A stretch of DNA of 64,000 nucleotides from Marsupella aquatica (taxonomy: Eukaryota > Plantae > Marchantiophyta): the NCBI GenBank assembly GCA_973895155.1, contig OZ316892.1, positions 10,396,283 to 10,460,282 on the forward strand, written 5' to 3'. The notes under the pieces were generated by a model. The model saw nothing but the letters and a program-made list of their open reading frames with translations, was not told where the DNA came from and ran no database searches. The position numbers and the translations under genes were made by a program. Positions 1 through 13,668 of this stretch are shown in pieces; the first letter of the stretch is position 1; each line of letters starts with the position of its first letter.

Positions 1-383
1 AGAAGTGATTAGATGTACGAAAAATAATGATTGTAGGAATTAGATTCCTGTCGAGGCTAGCTTTCGACGCACAAAAGTAACTGACAGTACGTCCCTTTCA
101 GCAAAATCGAAAGAAAACCTGTTGAACTTCAGACTGGGACCTGGTTTAAGAATCTCCTGCCGTGAACGAAAATTCCCTTCGGATTATGAACTGAGAGGCA
201 AAAACACTTTGCTTCCAGCTAAATCCAAAACCTATTGATTCAAATCAATGTTACTAGCTTTCAATATGGTACCGACGGTGTCCTCCTCGAAAAAACTTCA
301 TAAAAACATGTAAGCACTTGAGACCTGATCGGGAACATACTGCCGTAAGCGAGGGAAAGCAATCTCGCTTCAACCAGACTCAC

Positions 384-1088
384 CTGAGAGGCATATACAA
401 TTGTTTCAAGCTGCAAACAGGATAAATTCTCTGACTTCTCCATTTCAGGTCCAATTTTGAGCTGGTAGATGGGCTCTGGAGGCTGCACGGCTGACAGTGA
501 TGCCGTCTCCACTATAGGGTCTGGATGTCTTGGCCCTATGGACAGCTTTGAAGGTCGGTAATCTGTGAAGGTCTCACCAGCTATACCACCCTCATCCTCC
601 TCTTGCTCCACCTCCAGCGCAACCTCGTTCACTTCCTCCTTATCATTCCTCAGCCTGCTCCATGCTGCAGGATCAATGTTGCCACTAGGATCTCCTCCAG
701 CTCCAGCTCCAGCTCCTGCCAAGTCGTCCAATAGCCCCCCACCTGCTGCTCCCTGTCCAGAGAGAAGGTTCAAGTTCGCGAGAGTGTTCCGATAAGCAGC
801 GAGCTTGACGGGATCCACTGCGAGCTCCACTCGGCATTGCGGACACACGAAACGGCGGAGAGTTGGCGGAACGTTGAGGATGCACCGGCAATTGGCGCAG
901 GGCAGCTGCAGCTTGGTGGTGTCCACGCCTCGAGGGTGCAGCACGGGCGGAAGGGCCTGCGGCAGCTTGCATTGTGGGCACTGGAAGTTGAGCACGCCCC
1001 TTGGCACGCTCAAAATGCACCTGCATCCGGGGCTGGCGCATTGCACTTGAACTGCCCCGGTTTGCTCGGGCTCTCCTCCTTGCCCCAT
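384..1088 (-). CDS. FGT1: FORGETTER1/EMB1135 (strawberry notch homolog), first coding exon; gene continues beyond the window start
   Basis: Two N-terminal CxxC zinc-ribbon repeats (VQCASPGC...FQCPQC, LPCANC...FVCPQC), then EEVNEVALEVEQEEDEGGIAGETFTDYRPSKLSIGPRHPDPIVETASLSAVQPPEP...LSCLQLETIVYASQ, the conserved plant SBNO N-terminus. Donor CAG|GTGAGT at 384/383. Confidence 0.93.
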
Positions 1089-4000
1089 CTCTCAGCTCAT
1101 TCGGGGTGACGATAATTTCTTCTCGCGATTGACGAGATACTCCTCCTTAGAAAATTGTTTCCGTCTCAACAAATACTATCCCATCTCTAATACAACCCAA
1201 TCCCCAAGACTAGTTTAGAATGAGTATATGAATGAAATGAATGCATGAAATTTGGGAATCCACGGGGGAGCGCAACAAGGAGCAGAGAGCACACGCAGAC
1301 AGACAAGGAGACTTGCCAAAAAAGAGAGTCCAGGGAGGACAGGGAGAAAGAGACACGAAACTACGGTACTTCGTATGAGTGACTAATACTACATCAGAAT
1401 GGAATTGTAGACCTGCCTGCTTCCTGTTTCGCTCCCTCGCTGCGATTTGCTCTAGAGAAACTGCACCTGCAACAGGACTACGGTTCCCAACCCTCGTAAC
1501 TTGGGTGGGTCTGCATTAGAATCACCAGTCCCTCTTCCGCCTCTACGTGCGCACGTTTGAGTTTGAGTCAAGTCGACGGCAATGTGACGACCAATCATAA
1601 CCTTGGGAAGAAATGACGGCACCTTTTTTGGTTAGCCGACGAGGAGGAGACTGTGCCGCTGGTTTACATGGTTGAGACGTAGTAAGGGGCCTCATCATCG
1701 TATTTCATTCCTTGTCTGTGCGAGTGTGAGTAATCCGACGAGGTCACAACACAACCCTTTGTTCCGCTCCCAAGCACAAAGAGAAAAGAAGCTGGAGGAC
1801 ATGTGAGTCTCGGTGGGACCTCCGAGCCACCTGCAGATCTACAGGCCAGTCCACTTGGGCCAGCTCCTAGTGCATTGAGGTTGAGGAATGAACAACGTTC
1901 GGATATTTCGAAGTCGGCTGAATGCGGTCACAGGGGATCGGTCACAGGGGGGGTCACAGGGGATCGGTTGTTTGCTGCTCTACAGAAAGTGATCGATTGG
2001 CTACCGCAATGGAACCGTTGCGAGACGAGAATGCAGGAGTTTCCGGGTCGTCGAGGTCTCAGGCAAGGAGAATAACCACTGACTGAGATCTGCTGACTGT
2101 CCTCATGGCCAATTTCTTGAGGAAGTGATTGCCGTGGTGGAAAGATACCGTGTATTCCTTCAGGACCGGCCATTACGAAAGCAATAGATTTTTTCTTCCT
2201 CTGGGATGGTGCATGCATGATTCTGTTCTCCAGCATTTGCCCACTAAACACGTTTCCACAACAGCCGCCTGCCACACGATCTATTCACTGGTAAGTTCTC
2301 GGAACCTTCCTAGTCCTGACTTCTCCATGTCTATCAACAAAGTATGGGCAAGGACGAGGCTTTCCCCCACAAGTTTGTGGTGCCCAAGTTATGGATGCAA
2401 TGCGTATTGTTTGTAATGTAGCAGATCATGAGGACTTGACGATTCGCTGGGTGTAATGGAAACCATCATCAAAATGATGCAGAGGACCCACCAAGCGTTG
2501 AAGCCCAAACACTCAAGCTGTGTGAGGACGAAACGCTCACCGTGGGATCTTTTTCGATACGGCCAAGGAAGAAACGCTTCACCATGGCACTTTACTCGTT
2601 CTTTCCCAGAAACCCAGAAAGAAACCTTCAAGCTTCCACTACAGCAAGGAGAAATTAACGTTACACTAATCGAATGACCATTTCTGTTTCTCTTTGATGA
2701 ATTTAAGACGGATTTTTTAAGGCAACAAAGTTCTCATGGAAGGCTTCAGCTGAGGGATTAGAATTTTACACAAAAGGGCGAGGGTCAAAAGGCAACCGGA
2801 ACAGGACCACGTTCCCAAAGTCTAGCATGGATTGTTTAATTGAAAAAAACTGTCGAGGAGGAGGAAAAATCTACCATGAGCAGGCAGAAGGAACTAACAA
2901 GAATGTTTGTGTAGGTCCAGTACTGATGGCCAGAAGAGTTTCTTGCCTATGACTAATTAGGTGAACCTCAGGCAAGCGAGTCTTGAGCACATTAGAAACA
3001 TCAGCTGTTTCCCTTGCTCTGGGCTCTGCTACAGTAAGTCCTCTGCTTCCAGTCCAACTAGGAAGCCCCAACCCATTTAAAGACTTCTTCTGGAAGGAGG
3101 TTCCTTGCTCTACAGAAACCATTGAAGCAATGGAGGAGAACCATACCTGTGCTTCAGATTTACACTTTCAGGTTGAGATCGATGTACTTAAGAGTCGAAC
3201 AAGCTGTTTCTCCGATTATCATGCATCATATGGTGATCTTTTCTACTTCCCTTTCCTGTACTCTGTTTCTCTGTTTCCTTCTGAAACATTTCACGTACAC
3301 GACCACATCTGGGCTTTAAGCTATTACCGTCGGGCGTTCCATCAAGGTGATCGATGTAGATTGGTCAATGCTGACCGCTGTGAACAGATCGTTACTGACA
3401 GAGGTAATCATGAAGCTTTAAACAGTGAGCTTGCTTGGTGGGAAGCCTTCAAGGGGTTGACGGAATAGACTAGGATCTTTCCCTCTTTATCTAGTCAAAA
3501 ATGAGCAAGGACTTTGGAGTCCCGATCCGCTACTAAAAAAATGTGAGGCTAGTTAAGTCCAAAGACTTCCATCTACTGTAGCTCTCGTCTAACGCAAATA
3601 ACCACAATGAAACTGCCATTGCTGACATCAATCGAGGCAGTTCAACGATCCATATTGTACGAGGTTAGGCAAAAGGCCAGTAAGGTGGCATCCAAAGTAC
3701 TGTACGAGATGAACTAAAGAGAGCACAAAACACATGCACAAGAGATTACGAGATGCATGTTGGCCAGCACGACTACATTTGAATGAACTCTTGAAGCAAA
3801 TTTCTGCCACTTCGGGCGTTTCTCAAGATGACCATTCTTGAAGTTGCAGGCTCCACCTCCTTCCTATAACTACATCATGAATTACCCACTTCTCTCCTGG
3901 AAATGTGCTTCCCAGTAACTCGAGGAGCGCCCGTACCTAATTCCCAAAGAAGTGCATTCCTGCTCATTCGAAGGATATTTCCATCCTTGAGAGCCCAATG

Positions 4001-4311
4001 TGAGCTAAAAACCCTAAACTAGTGAAGTTCTTTCTATGTGCTCCTCAGCTGACATAATGGGCAGACCTGCATCGTTCTTCTGTCCGGTCTAAGGTGTAAG
4101 ATCATGGGAGTTTCCTAAAACATTGCTGTAACTCCCCTGCTTCCTAGATTTACATTATTCATGACGGTGGCAAATAAATTTCGGAGATTAAATATGTGAC
4201 ACGGCAGTCAAATGTTGAGAGGCTTTTGAGAATTTGAACATATTTACAAAACCTGCTTCATCTGCTTGCTACCCTTTCGAGAATTCCGTAGGGTACTGGC
4301 CCCAACTACTG

Positions 4312-7300
4312 CTAGCTCGTTGCGACAGTGGCAACAGCTGATGCATAGCTGACACTGCTGTCATTCATATGCTTGCACCGGCTTGATTGTTCGTATTGCA
4401 AAAATTTGATCTGCAGCTTCGTTGTACAGTATTTCAGCATCTGCAGTCATGACAAGCCCTAATCAGCAAATGGAGTATCTTTAGGCGCAACAAAGAGTCC
4501 TCCGTAAAAACTAAACAGAACATGTCTTCAGTACAGGCACCTCTTTATTAAGGAAAAGGAACTACCGTGCGCACTGCTTTTCTTTCGAGGAAAACTCGTC
4601 GATGACTTTAAAACTCTTATGGTGAACATATAGATTATGACTTAATGCGAAGTTTACTTAACAACTTGAACGAACAGTGGTCAACAGTTCTATCTACAGC
4701 AAGCGAAAAAATTACAGGCTCGTAAAAGCTTAGCTCACATTGAGGAACACCCCAATTGGATGCTGCCCACAAATCGTGTTCTCAAACTCTTGAAGATAAT
4801 CTCTGAAAGCCTCTGGGTCTCCAGACTCGATAATGTTCATGCCATTCTGGTCAAGAGCTTCAATTGACTTGTAAATTGGACCATGCTTCTTCTCATGGTA
4901 AGTATAGTTGAACCTGTCATCCCATCAACATCAGCCATGAGGCCAGACCATTCGATGTAATCAGTGTCTGTCCACAGGGAAAATTCCAAGGTAGCCCAAA
5001 CAAGACCGGAGAGCACTCGGCTCATTGTTTCCTGCAGCACATCTCAAAAACAGTGATCTGCACATAACTGTTTTCAAACTAGTCATCCCACCGTTTGCTT
5101 TCAGATGACCCCAAATGTGTTCCATTCTACACTCGATGGCATTCGCATGCTGATCGTTTACGTCTGACCCATCTCATGCATTGTTCAAGACGTTGTGTGT
5201 TCCTCTTGCGATTGTTAAACAGAATCTAGTGATAAGAGAGAGCTTGGGACCATACAAAAAACATTCACTTGTACCTTGAGCCCCAATGACAAAAGTCCGA
5301 TGATACTGAGAAAAAGTTCGATGGGTCATCGATGTACGTTGCCAGCAATTTTCCATACACAGCCTCACTCTCAAACGTAAGTGACCCGACCAGAATTGGG
5401 ACGATCTTTACTGCTGTCCTGCGCGACAGAACCAGGCTCATTAGGAAGGCGCAGCAAGTGTACAGAAAATCTTATGAAGATGCGTGCAGTCGAGTGTATA
5501 GTAAATTGCATCCTAGTAACCAGGACGGGCCTAAACCATCGAATCCAAGCGTTACCAGTATCTAACTCAAACTGGTTCAGCATCTGAGGCGAAACAAAAT
5601 TAGAAAGCTGATCAACAATGAAGAATGGAGGGAAGCATCTACAGACTGATAGTGAGAGCCTCACCCCTGGAAAACTTTCGCAATATAGGGTAAATGCATC
5701 TCCATGCTGTGCTCTGCCTCATCCACATGGATGTCCATGTCCTCAAACTTACCTGTGGCTTTCAGTTCTTGATAAACTGCAGTCATACTGAAAAGTGTAA
5801 GAAACGAAGTCTAGTGCTTTCAATTTGTATATAACACATCTATTCAAAGACAATGGCGGTCGTTAATTTGTCATATAACTGGGAAACAGAGGTAAAGATT
5901 TTAACGGCTTTCCTTGTAATTCGTTAAAATCGCTCAAAAGTCTCCCATCAGCATACATTGACTGACACCAGAAAGGAAAAGAGCTAGCAGGATGAAATCA
6001 CATGATCTTGGAAATGCTGTGCTCCAGTGCTTCCACGATGCTCACTTTCAAGATCGATAGGTAGATTTCCCAGTGGAGTCTCATAAATTGAGACTCTAGA
6101 TAGAGCACACTTGCGTGTAAAGTAATGGTGTGATGGTCCAAGAATGAATACACGGGATCTGCGAACCAACCGACCCAATTGCAAGATGACTAAAACACAT
6201 CAGTACCATTTCAGTCTGACGGTGATAGGCAAGATACAAAGTACTCCGAAACGGCTTCTTTAAGTCAACAATAAGAACGAATACCGTGCACCACTCTTAC
6301 TTGCTAGCAAAGCGTTCTAGCTAATCTGAAAGCAACAGGAACTAACATCACCAAACCATAAAGAAGGGCAGAAAATGTCTTACATAGTTGAAGGATCGAT
6401 ATTCCCAAAAGCAAACGCTGCACATCGTCCAGAATACCGATAGCCAGCATGTCTGCATTCCCTCCCGTTCCAGACGCAATTCACAAAATTGAGAACAGGA
6501 TGACCAGGCTACAAGGGAGCTCAGTCAACATTGGACTAAAACAACATGCCAGGGAATTGATATTTGATACTTCCAGAAAGATCTTGTTGAATCTTTTGAT
6601 AAGGTTTGATAAGGATTCCATACAACCAAAATAGGCCCTAGATGGTACCCTGGACTAAACTAGTCTTCGCAAATGCCATGAGGGACATTCACATAGTGTG
6701 AAATAACCAAATAAAATTCGACTAAGAAAATTACGCAGTTCTCATTGACTAGCACAAGAGTAAAACCTGAAGACCTCCTTGCGGGAGACAATTTCCTCCA
6801 ATTCAAAAGTAAAGAACAGAAACTTTCACCCGCGTACAAAGGAATATCTCTAAAGTGACTGGACATTATGTTGGTTGTCTGTGGAAAGGTGTTGAGGGAA
6901 ATTACGGTGCAATCACAGCTCTTGCATTCGAGTGCTTGTCTAAATTGGCGGCTCGAAGGTACTTGTCCAGCTCATCTCCCAGCTCCCGGGCTGCAGACAA
7001 TATAAGAGAGCAACGTCACGCCAAACCTCAGGAATTGCTATCTTATTGAAACAGAATCCTAGTCTCAAAAAACCAATGACAAAGACCAGAATACAATCAA
7101 AACGTAAATGAACTGTTTGACCAATTTTGGTCAACACAGAGACAGCTAAACACGTCTTGCATCTGCACGGACACTCATGATAGCAAGGTGACATCTCCAC
7201 CTCTACTTCTAATTCGTCGTTCACCACCGACATCGTATTAGCGGAGGAGGTTATGGCATGGAGTACTCATTGATGAGGGATTGCTCAGAGATCTGACATC

Positions 7301-8009
7301 ATCTGATTCTCAACTGACAAACAATAGGAGAGTTTCGACAATTCAATCTCCTCCTTAACCTACGACGACAATTTGCACAAAACAACTCCACAACTCCTCG
7401 CCGACCGTCCGTCTGGCCTTCAAAACCCTCTTCATCAGAATTCCTAACCAGAACGCGGGGGACCACACGTATCTCTACTGTCCCCGCTAACATAATGTCC
7501 AGTCATTTTAGACATATTCCTAAACTCTAAGATCCAAAGCCAGCCCAGGCCATCCACATAGAAAAGTAAACAAAACCAATCTACTCCTCCCCAATCCTCT
7601 GCTTTCCACGGCAACTTATGGGATAGTTGAAACCAAGCGGAAAGGCGTACGCATTCCCATCATGAACAAGTTGACCGAATTCCGGGATCACAAACCCACC
7701 CAACAGGGAACTGAAGGGCCCGCCCGCACGAAAGGCAGAAAGACTGAAAGACTGAACAGTTTCGAGGCCCATTGAAAATCGGGAGCAGGGTTTCCTCAGC
7801 CATCTACGATTACAAGAGTTTCCATACAGCGAAACAAGAGTATCATTCCATCCTCGCAGCAGAGTCAAGCAAACGAGTTACCATCTTTTCGCACTTCCCA
7901 AACATTTCAGCACACGAGAGAAGAAAGGACAGAGGCAGAAAGATATATGGTGTAAATACACACCGTTGGCCTTGTACCAGGAGCCCGCGTGCGACGCATT
8001 TCGTGCCAT
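4312..8009 (-). CDS. MEMO1: MEMO1-family protein, 8 exons: 8009-7964, 6990-6906, 6452-6384, 6158-6046, 5776-5665, 5418-5275, 4913-4739, 4440-4312 (873 nt, 290 aa)
   Basis: Spliced by hand with GT-AG introns and consistent frame: [79 protein letters not shown], ending in TAG. Confidence 0.95.
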
Positions 8010-8477
8010 CGATGGAAGATGTCCAGGCCAGGGGGAAACAGGGCGAGGCGAGGCGAGGCGAGAAGAGGATTGTCACTGAGAGCAGAAATTGGCAGAGGCA
8101 ATCAATCAATCGCGCAGTTCGGCTGCTCCTCCTTCACCCTCCCTCTCCCTCTCCCTCGTGCCGAAAGCCTTGTCGCTCTTCAGGGGCTCTTTATACTCTG
8201 TCACCTCGTAATCAGTGTTTTTTCTGTAGTGGCGAAAATTCGCCAAATTTCAGCTCCCCAATAAGAGGTATTTTCTCCATCAACCCCCAAAATGAAACTT
8301 GTTATTTGATGCACCCGGAGGTCTAGCAACGGTCCAGATCTGAGATTGAAAGGTCTATCAACTGTCCAGATTGGGGAAAAGTATGGAGGGGGTTGATTAA
8401 GCAAACTTCTTCCAGAAGGGGGTCTACTAAGCACATCTCTCCCCCAATAATAGTTCGCCACTTTCTCATTAGCCTCC

Positions 8478-8600
8478 CCAATAATTTTTGGCCACTTTTT
8501 GTCTCATTAGCCAGTGTTCCACCTAATTTCAGGCCCCATTAGCCAGAATCTAACAGTCAGCCTTAATTCTCGGGAGATCTGACTGTCAGGAAAATAATTG
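8478..8600 (+). mobile_element. Left TIR-like sequence of a DNA transposon family; inverted copy at 52471-52590
   Basis: tgtctcattagccagt...cattagccagaatctaac...gggagatctgactgtcaggaaaataattg matches the reverse complement of 52471-52590, roughly 80% by eye. Confidence 0.7.
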
Positions 8601-8694
8601 AATCAGGAATCGTTTGTACATCTTCTCCTTCACACACTGTACATAAGGCACTCTGGTCAAAAAGTAAAATACTTTAAAAAATAGGCTGACCTCT

Positions 8695-8915
8695 TCATCT
8701 CTCTCTGTGTATCTGGCACTCTGCTTTCTCTAGGGGAACACTTGGGGGTTATCTTTCAACCACAGCTCTTTATCTCTCTCTGTGTATCTTGCTCTCGGCT
8801 TTCTCTAGCGGTACACTTGACGGTTATCTTTAAACCACAGCTCTTTATCTCTCTCTCTTTGTATCTCGCTCTCGGCTTTCTTTAGGGGTACACTTGACGG
8901 TGATCTTTAAACCAC
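8695..8915. repeat. ~75-bp tandem repeat x3 (subterminal-type)
   Basis: Unit ctctctgtgtatct...ctttctctag..gtacacttgacggttatctttaaaccacagctctttat repeated three times. A further direct duplication lies at 8995-9175. Confidence 0.85.
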
Positions 8916-9211
8916 CACTAACCATGACAAAAACCTGGTTAGACCATAAATAGTATCATTTCCTAAATTTGATTTGTGTAGCAATATGGAACGGGAGAGG
9001 AGAAGAATGAGAGGAAAGTGAAAAGGGAGAAAACTTGGACACTTCCCCCTTTTATATGGCTAGTGGCGCTTTTCTGTGGAGCAATCTGGAACAGGAGAGG
9101 AGATTGAAGAATGGAGAGGAAAGTGATCAAGGGAGAAAGCGTAGACACTTCCCCCTTTTATATGGCTAGTGGCGGTTTAAACCACACTTGCCAATCTTTA
9201 AACCCTTGTAT

Positions 9212-9295
9212 TTAAGAGCATCTCCAACCTCGTCTCCAACCCAAGTGAACCAGGTTTTGAATAAGACAATGTCCCGGTTAGAGCATCTCCAGCAA
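9212..9295 (+). mobile_element. Two PIF/Harbinger (Tourist)-like left termini, no matching right end seen
   Basis: taa|gagcatctccaac and tta|gagcatctccagc: TAA/TTA followed by GAGCATCTCCA, typical of Tourist/PIF ends. Confidence 0.45.
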
Positions 9296-10847
9296 TTTAG
9301 GGGTCAATGATCTCTAAACATTATTGGTCATTCTTATCCAACTATCACCTTCCACCAAGCACAAGGTCCCTAAAGTGAATTGAGAGAGTGATTATTATAG
9401 GAGAAAAAATATTAATCCCTTACAGCCCATTTATGATATGTCAAACTTGGTTCATGCATATGGCCTAATTAAAGCATGCTCATGTGGACAAAAGTGCTTT
9501 TCTAGAGGATAGCAAAATGTGAGGGATGAGTGTTCTAAACAAACTCATCAAGGTTTATGCCACCAAGTCTAGAAATAATAAATTGTTTTCCTTGCCAAAT
9601 GCAAGAAAAACCATAGTATGTGTTATAGTACTAGAAACAATGGGACAAGAACATAGGGAAATTTCACCTTGGTGTCAACTCATCCACCAATGGTTGTTGT
9701 CTATCAAGCTCAGTCTTGTGTATGCATGAGGATCCGGAAGTATTGCAATCAGGATTAAAGCAATGTTGCTCTATGGTTAGGGATGACAAAACAAGACCAA
9801 CACCCAAAAGCTCACACTGGCCCTCCAATTCAAGTATACTTTGATTCCTGCCTGGTTCATGTTTGGTTTCTGAGTGTAGGGTCTCATTATTTCTTTGAGA
9901 CTTTGCAACTCACCATTAGGCCCATCTCCTGGTTAGGAAAAAACTTCCCCAAGCATGATAGAAAGGAAACTTAGGGAAATTAGGAAACTTAGGGAGGTTT
10001 CCTGCCAGAATGACCATGAAACAAATGAGAGGAATTGCACATGATAGTGTTTACACAGATACATAATTATTGTTTTTTCTTACTGTAAAATAATGTCTTC
10101 AATGGTAAATCAGTGTTTAGGGTTTCACTGAAGAAATTGATTACAAAATCATAGTAATCCCTACGGTATTTTTTATCGCCAGTAATTTTCTTTTAATTTA
10201 TCTTTTTGCTTGGAGACCTGAAAGAAGAAAAAAGGACCAATTCACTGGAAAGGGCCAAACAAAGTACAATGAGGGAAAAGCAAAAGCGACCTAGAGACGA
10301 CAAACAGAGAGCTCAAACGAAGAGCGCAAATGCAAACCCAAAAACCCAAAAGAAAAACAATAATAAACTTAAGAAAGATATATCAATGCAATAGTGTGAC
10401 TATCTAATGGTCCCCACTAGAGATCTATGATGAATTGAGCTACAATATAGTCATCAAAACAAATTGCTCATTGAAGTGTGTGGTCAATAGTGGTGGTCCA
10501 AGGAGCCCATTGAACTAATGATGAAGCCTCCCAAATCTCTCAACAGCAAGTTCAGGGAGGAAGCTATTTTAAGATATTTATGTATTTCCTCCCCTTTTGC
10601 CATTGCCACCTGTGTTGCTGTTTCCCATGCCTTTTGATGCTATTTTCCTGACGATGTACTAACACAAATCGTTGGCTACCACAATATCAGTCAAGGTACA
10701 TCTACCATCTTGTACCATGGTAAGATCAGCGTGTAATTTATAGGCCAGGGACGGACAAGGCAATTATTCCCTTAGAGTCATGGTCTAGAGAATTCAATCT
10801 AGACTGTAGGCCAAGGCAATAGCTTTGATTGCAATTATACATTGTTA

Positions 10848-11098
10848 TCTACAACTATAATAAAGGATCCTGTCTTTTTTTGTCCTTTGTCCCAATATAA
10901 AAAAGTTCCTGGGCAGGAAACATCCACAGCCGTTGGATTCGATTGGCTGTTTTCCTTGACCATTGATGGAGGAAATGTGCACCCCTAGCACATATGTTGA
11001 TATGTGCTTCCTGTTGCCCCATAAATGCCCCAGCCCAACTCCCTATGGGCAGGCCCTCCTTGCATGGTGCAACGCATGATTGGGCATAGGCCTCCTAG
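10848..11098 (+). mobile_element. Short non-autonomous Helitron (copy 1)
   Basis: 5' A|TCTACAACTATAATAAAG; 3' GTGCAACGCATG..GGGCA...CTAG, resembling the canonical plant Helitron hairpin plus CTAG end. The next base is not the canonical T. Confidence 0.65.
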
Positions 11099-11819
11099 AT
11101 AGATAAATAAACATAATTTTAGTCTTTCTAAGTTTTGGGGGTTTACATTTACAAACAAAAACAAAAGGAAGTTGAAGCTAGGTTTGAACTTGGGGGTCTC
11201 ACTACATAGAGGCACCCCCATCACCTTCTATGTTTTTAAGCCCTGCACCCCCTCAAATGTAAGATTTTTGCCAAAACCCTATAAAGTTAGAGTATTCTTG
11301 GAATATTTCAAAAATTTGACTAAAATGACCCCAATGACTCCAAATTGGATTTAAAGGACCATAACTTTCTTACACAAAAATTTCTAAGTCTTCCCATAAA
11401 ATCAATAAATTTACCCTATTCTTGGCCGCAGGTGATGTGCTGATTCTATGGAAATGAAACCCCTCATTGATTGTTTGAGCCCTAACTCACCCTGAACCAT
11501 CAATCCTCACCGTCCACCATGGTACTTAAAGCTCTAATGGTCTCCAAACTAAAATAATTCCAAACCTGTGGAATGCATAGTACCCACTGGCTGAATTATT
11601 CTTTGCCCGGACTATCAGGCTTAGTGAGGTTTTCTCCTTCAATCATTTGTTGCCAGTTATTGGGTCTCTAATTGCCTCAGGGATTGTGTCTCCTGGTTGG
11701 GCAGCTTTGTTTATGGGCAATGGTGATGTATAGATACCATACTTAAGAGAGATTTTGGGGAGCATGATACCTTATTATAGTGGTTGATGTTTTGTCCCTA
11801 AAGTCTCTCCAAGCGTCTG

Positions 11820-12680
11820 CTTGTTACATGTCACTCTTCTGTATGAGGTGTAAAAGGTGTTATGGGAGTCAATTCACCAAATGTTTTGAATCGGTCCATG
11901 AGCTAGGGGTTCATTATTCCATCTACGTGTTACATGTCACTCTTCTGTATGAGCCTGTGTAAAAGGTGTTATGGGAGTCGATTAACCCAATGTTTGAATG
12001 GGTCGGTGAGCTAGGGTTTCACTATTTCATCTACTTGTTACATGTCACTCTTCTGTCTGAGGTGTAAGAGGTTTTATGGGAGTCAAACCGGGAGTCAAAC
12101 TCATTTTCTGAATCAGTCAGTGAGGGTTTTCTCACTCCATGTGCTTGCTACACTTCGCTCTTTGTCGGAGGTGTACAAGGTGCAATTGGAGTCACACTCA
12201 ATAATGTTCTGAATGGGTCGATCCGTGTTCATTTCATAGAATGAAGCGACCCGGCAAACAAACTGAGTGACTTCTTGGTCACCAACAGTTTAAGAGTCAG
12301 GAGCTCTTTATGTAACTAACGTAGTACCTAGTTAGAATTGTTAGATATGCCTGGAGACATGCTTGCTACATTTCGCCTTCTGTCGGAGCTGTAAAAGGTG
12401 CAATGGGAGTCACACTCAATGTTCTGGATGGGAGCTCTTCATGTAATTAACGTAGTACCTAGTTAAAATTGTTAGATCTGCCTGGAGACATGCTTGCTAC
12501 ATTTTGCTCTTCTGTCGGAGGTGTAAAAGGTGCAATGGGAGTCACACTCAATGTTCTGAATGGGTCGGTCCTTGTTCATCTTATAATATCTTGGTCACGA
12601 ACACTTTAAGAATCAGGAGCTCTTCATGTAATTAACGTAGTACCTAGTTTAGATTGTTAGCTAGATATGCCTGGAGACAG
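11820..12680. repeat. ~110-130-bp satellite array grading into a variant monomer (copy 1)
   Basis: ttacatgtcactcttctgtatgag..gtgtaaaaggtgttatgggagtc x3, then catgcttgctacatttcgctcttctgtcggaggtgtaaaaggtgcaatgggagtcacactc x3. Confidence 0.88.
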
Positions 12681-13099
12681 GGTCTCAACAGATAAGAAGA
12701 AATCTATCAAGCATAGGGAGGTAGTGCATGACACGAAGGCAAAAGATCCAATGAAATCTGACATCATTCCACTTTCATAATTCGAAAGCTGATCTGCCGT
12801 TATATATATATATAGATCGAGAGATAGATCGATTGATTTACATGCATCCACTTGTTTCATTTGAAGCGTCCTAGCCTGATAATTTGCTAGAGTTCGATGT
12901 AACTCCTACGCAAAGCTCCATCTGATAGTTTCAGCAACATCCCAGCAAGCACTCGGGGAAACAAATTGATGTCTAGCTTCGTCATGTACACTTGAGAAAT
13001 CAGCAAGAGCCATCCATCGTCCATCGGTTCCACTGAAAAAGACCAGAAGAGGACCATAGTGGAGGTTGTCAGTTACTATATTAGAATGAGACCGTGATA

Positions 13100-13450
13100 A
13101 TATCTGATGTGCCTTACGTGCTGCCAATACCGAGAACGTGGGATCGGGTCATTTTCTTCCGCAATTGCGCCCTGGTGCCTTCCTCGTACTGTTTGCTTCA
13201 TTCTCAAATATGTGTAAATTTGAACCTCTAGCGATTTATCTACGTACCGCCGACGACGCTGCAGACATACTGAAACTGCTCGAAATTGAAGTCGTATGCA
13301 GAATGATTCTCAATAGCTCACCTGACGCCTAAACTGGCTCAGTCTCTCACGATTGAACATATTATCTGTCCAACAGTCAATCGGCCGGCGTTGGAAGTTG
13401 TAGCAAACGACTTGGGCAATTCAGGAACCCGGCGGTCTTTGTGCGCGGAA
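13100..13450 (-). pseudogene. Decayed ubiquitin-conjugating (E2/UBC)-like fragment; paralogous copies at ~27640-27990, 42600-42820 and 43690-44030
   Basis: Minus frames read RVPELPKSFATTSN..GQIICSIVRD then, frameshifted, KQYEEGTRA..SHVLGIGST. This resembles E2 PPKV.F.T...GxICLxIL.D...KYEE.AR and is homologous to the hairpin arms. Confidence 0.4.
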
Positions 13451-13668
13451 TTTGCTGGCATCCGCTTGAGCTGGTTACCGGCCTGGTGTTGAGGGTCGTC
13501 TATCATGTTCATCTGAACTAGATCGACAAGAAGAGCACGGCAAGAATGACATTGAATGACAATGTTAGTTAGCGCGCTAGTCATTGCATCAGATCATTTG
13601 AATACTAAAACTCGATGACAAACGTAATGGCTGAAGGTTGTTTGGTACAGGTATTCGAGAATGAGAAC

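Noticed and set aside
1800-4000. ORFs between FGT1 and MEMO1 (e.g. 2983-3468)
   Set aside because: No recognisable motif and stops in all frames; probably a decayed TE or pseudogene, family not identifiable by eye.
7581-8326. ORFs 7772-8326(+) and 7581-7868(-)
   Set aside because: They overlap MEMO1 exon 1, its 5' UTR and intron 1; they are shadow ORFs without motifs.
9420-9900. Possible hAT dimerisation-domain remnant on the minus strand (WW...HQG.FP)
   Set aside because: Only a few residues match and frameshifts are needed; too weak to call.
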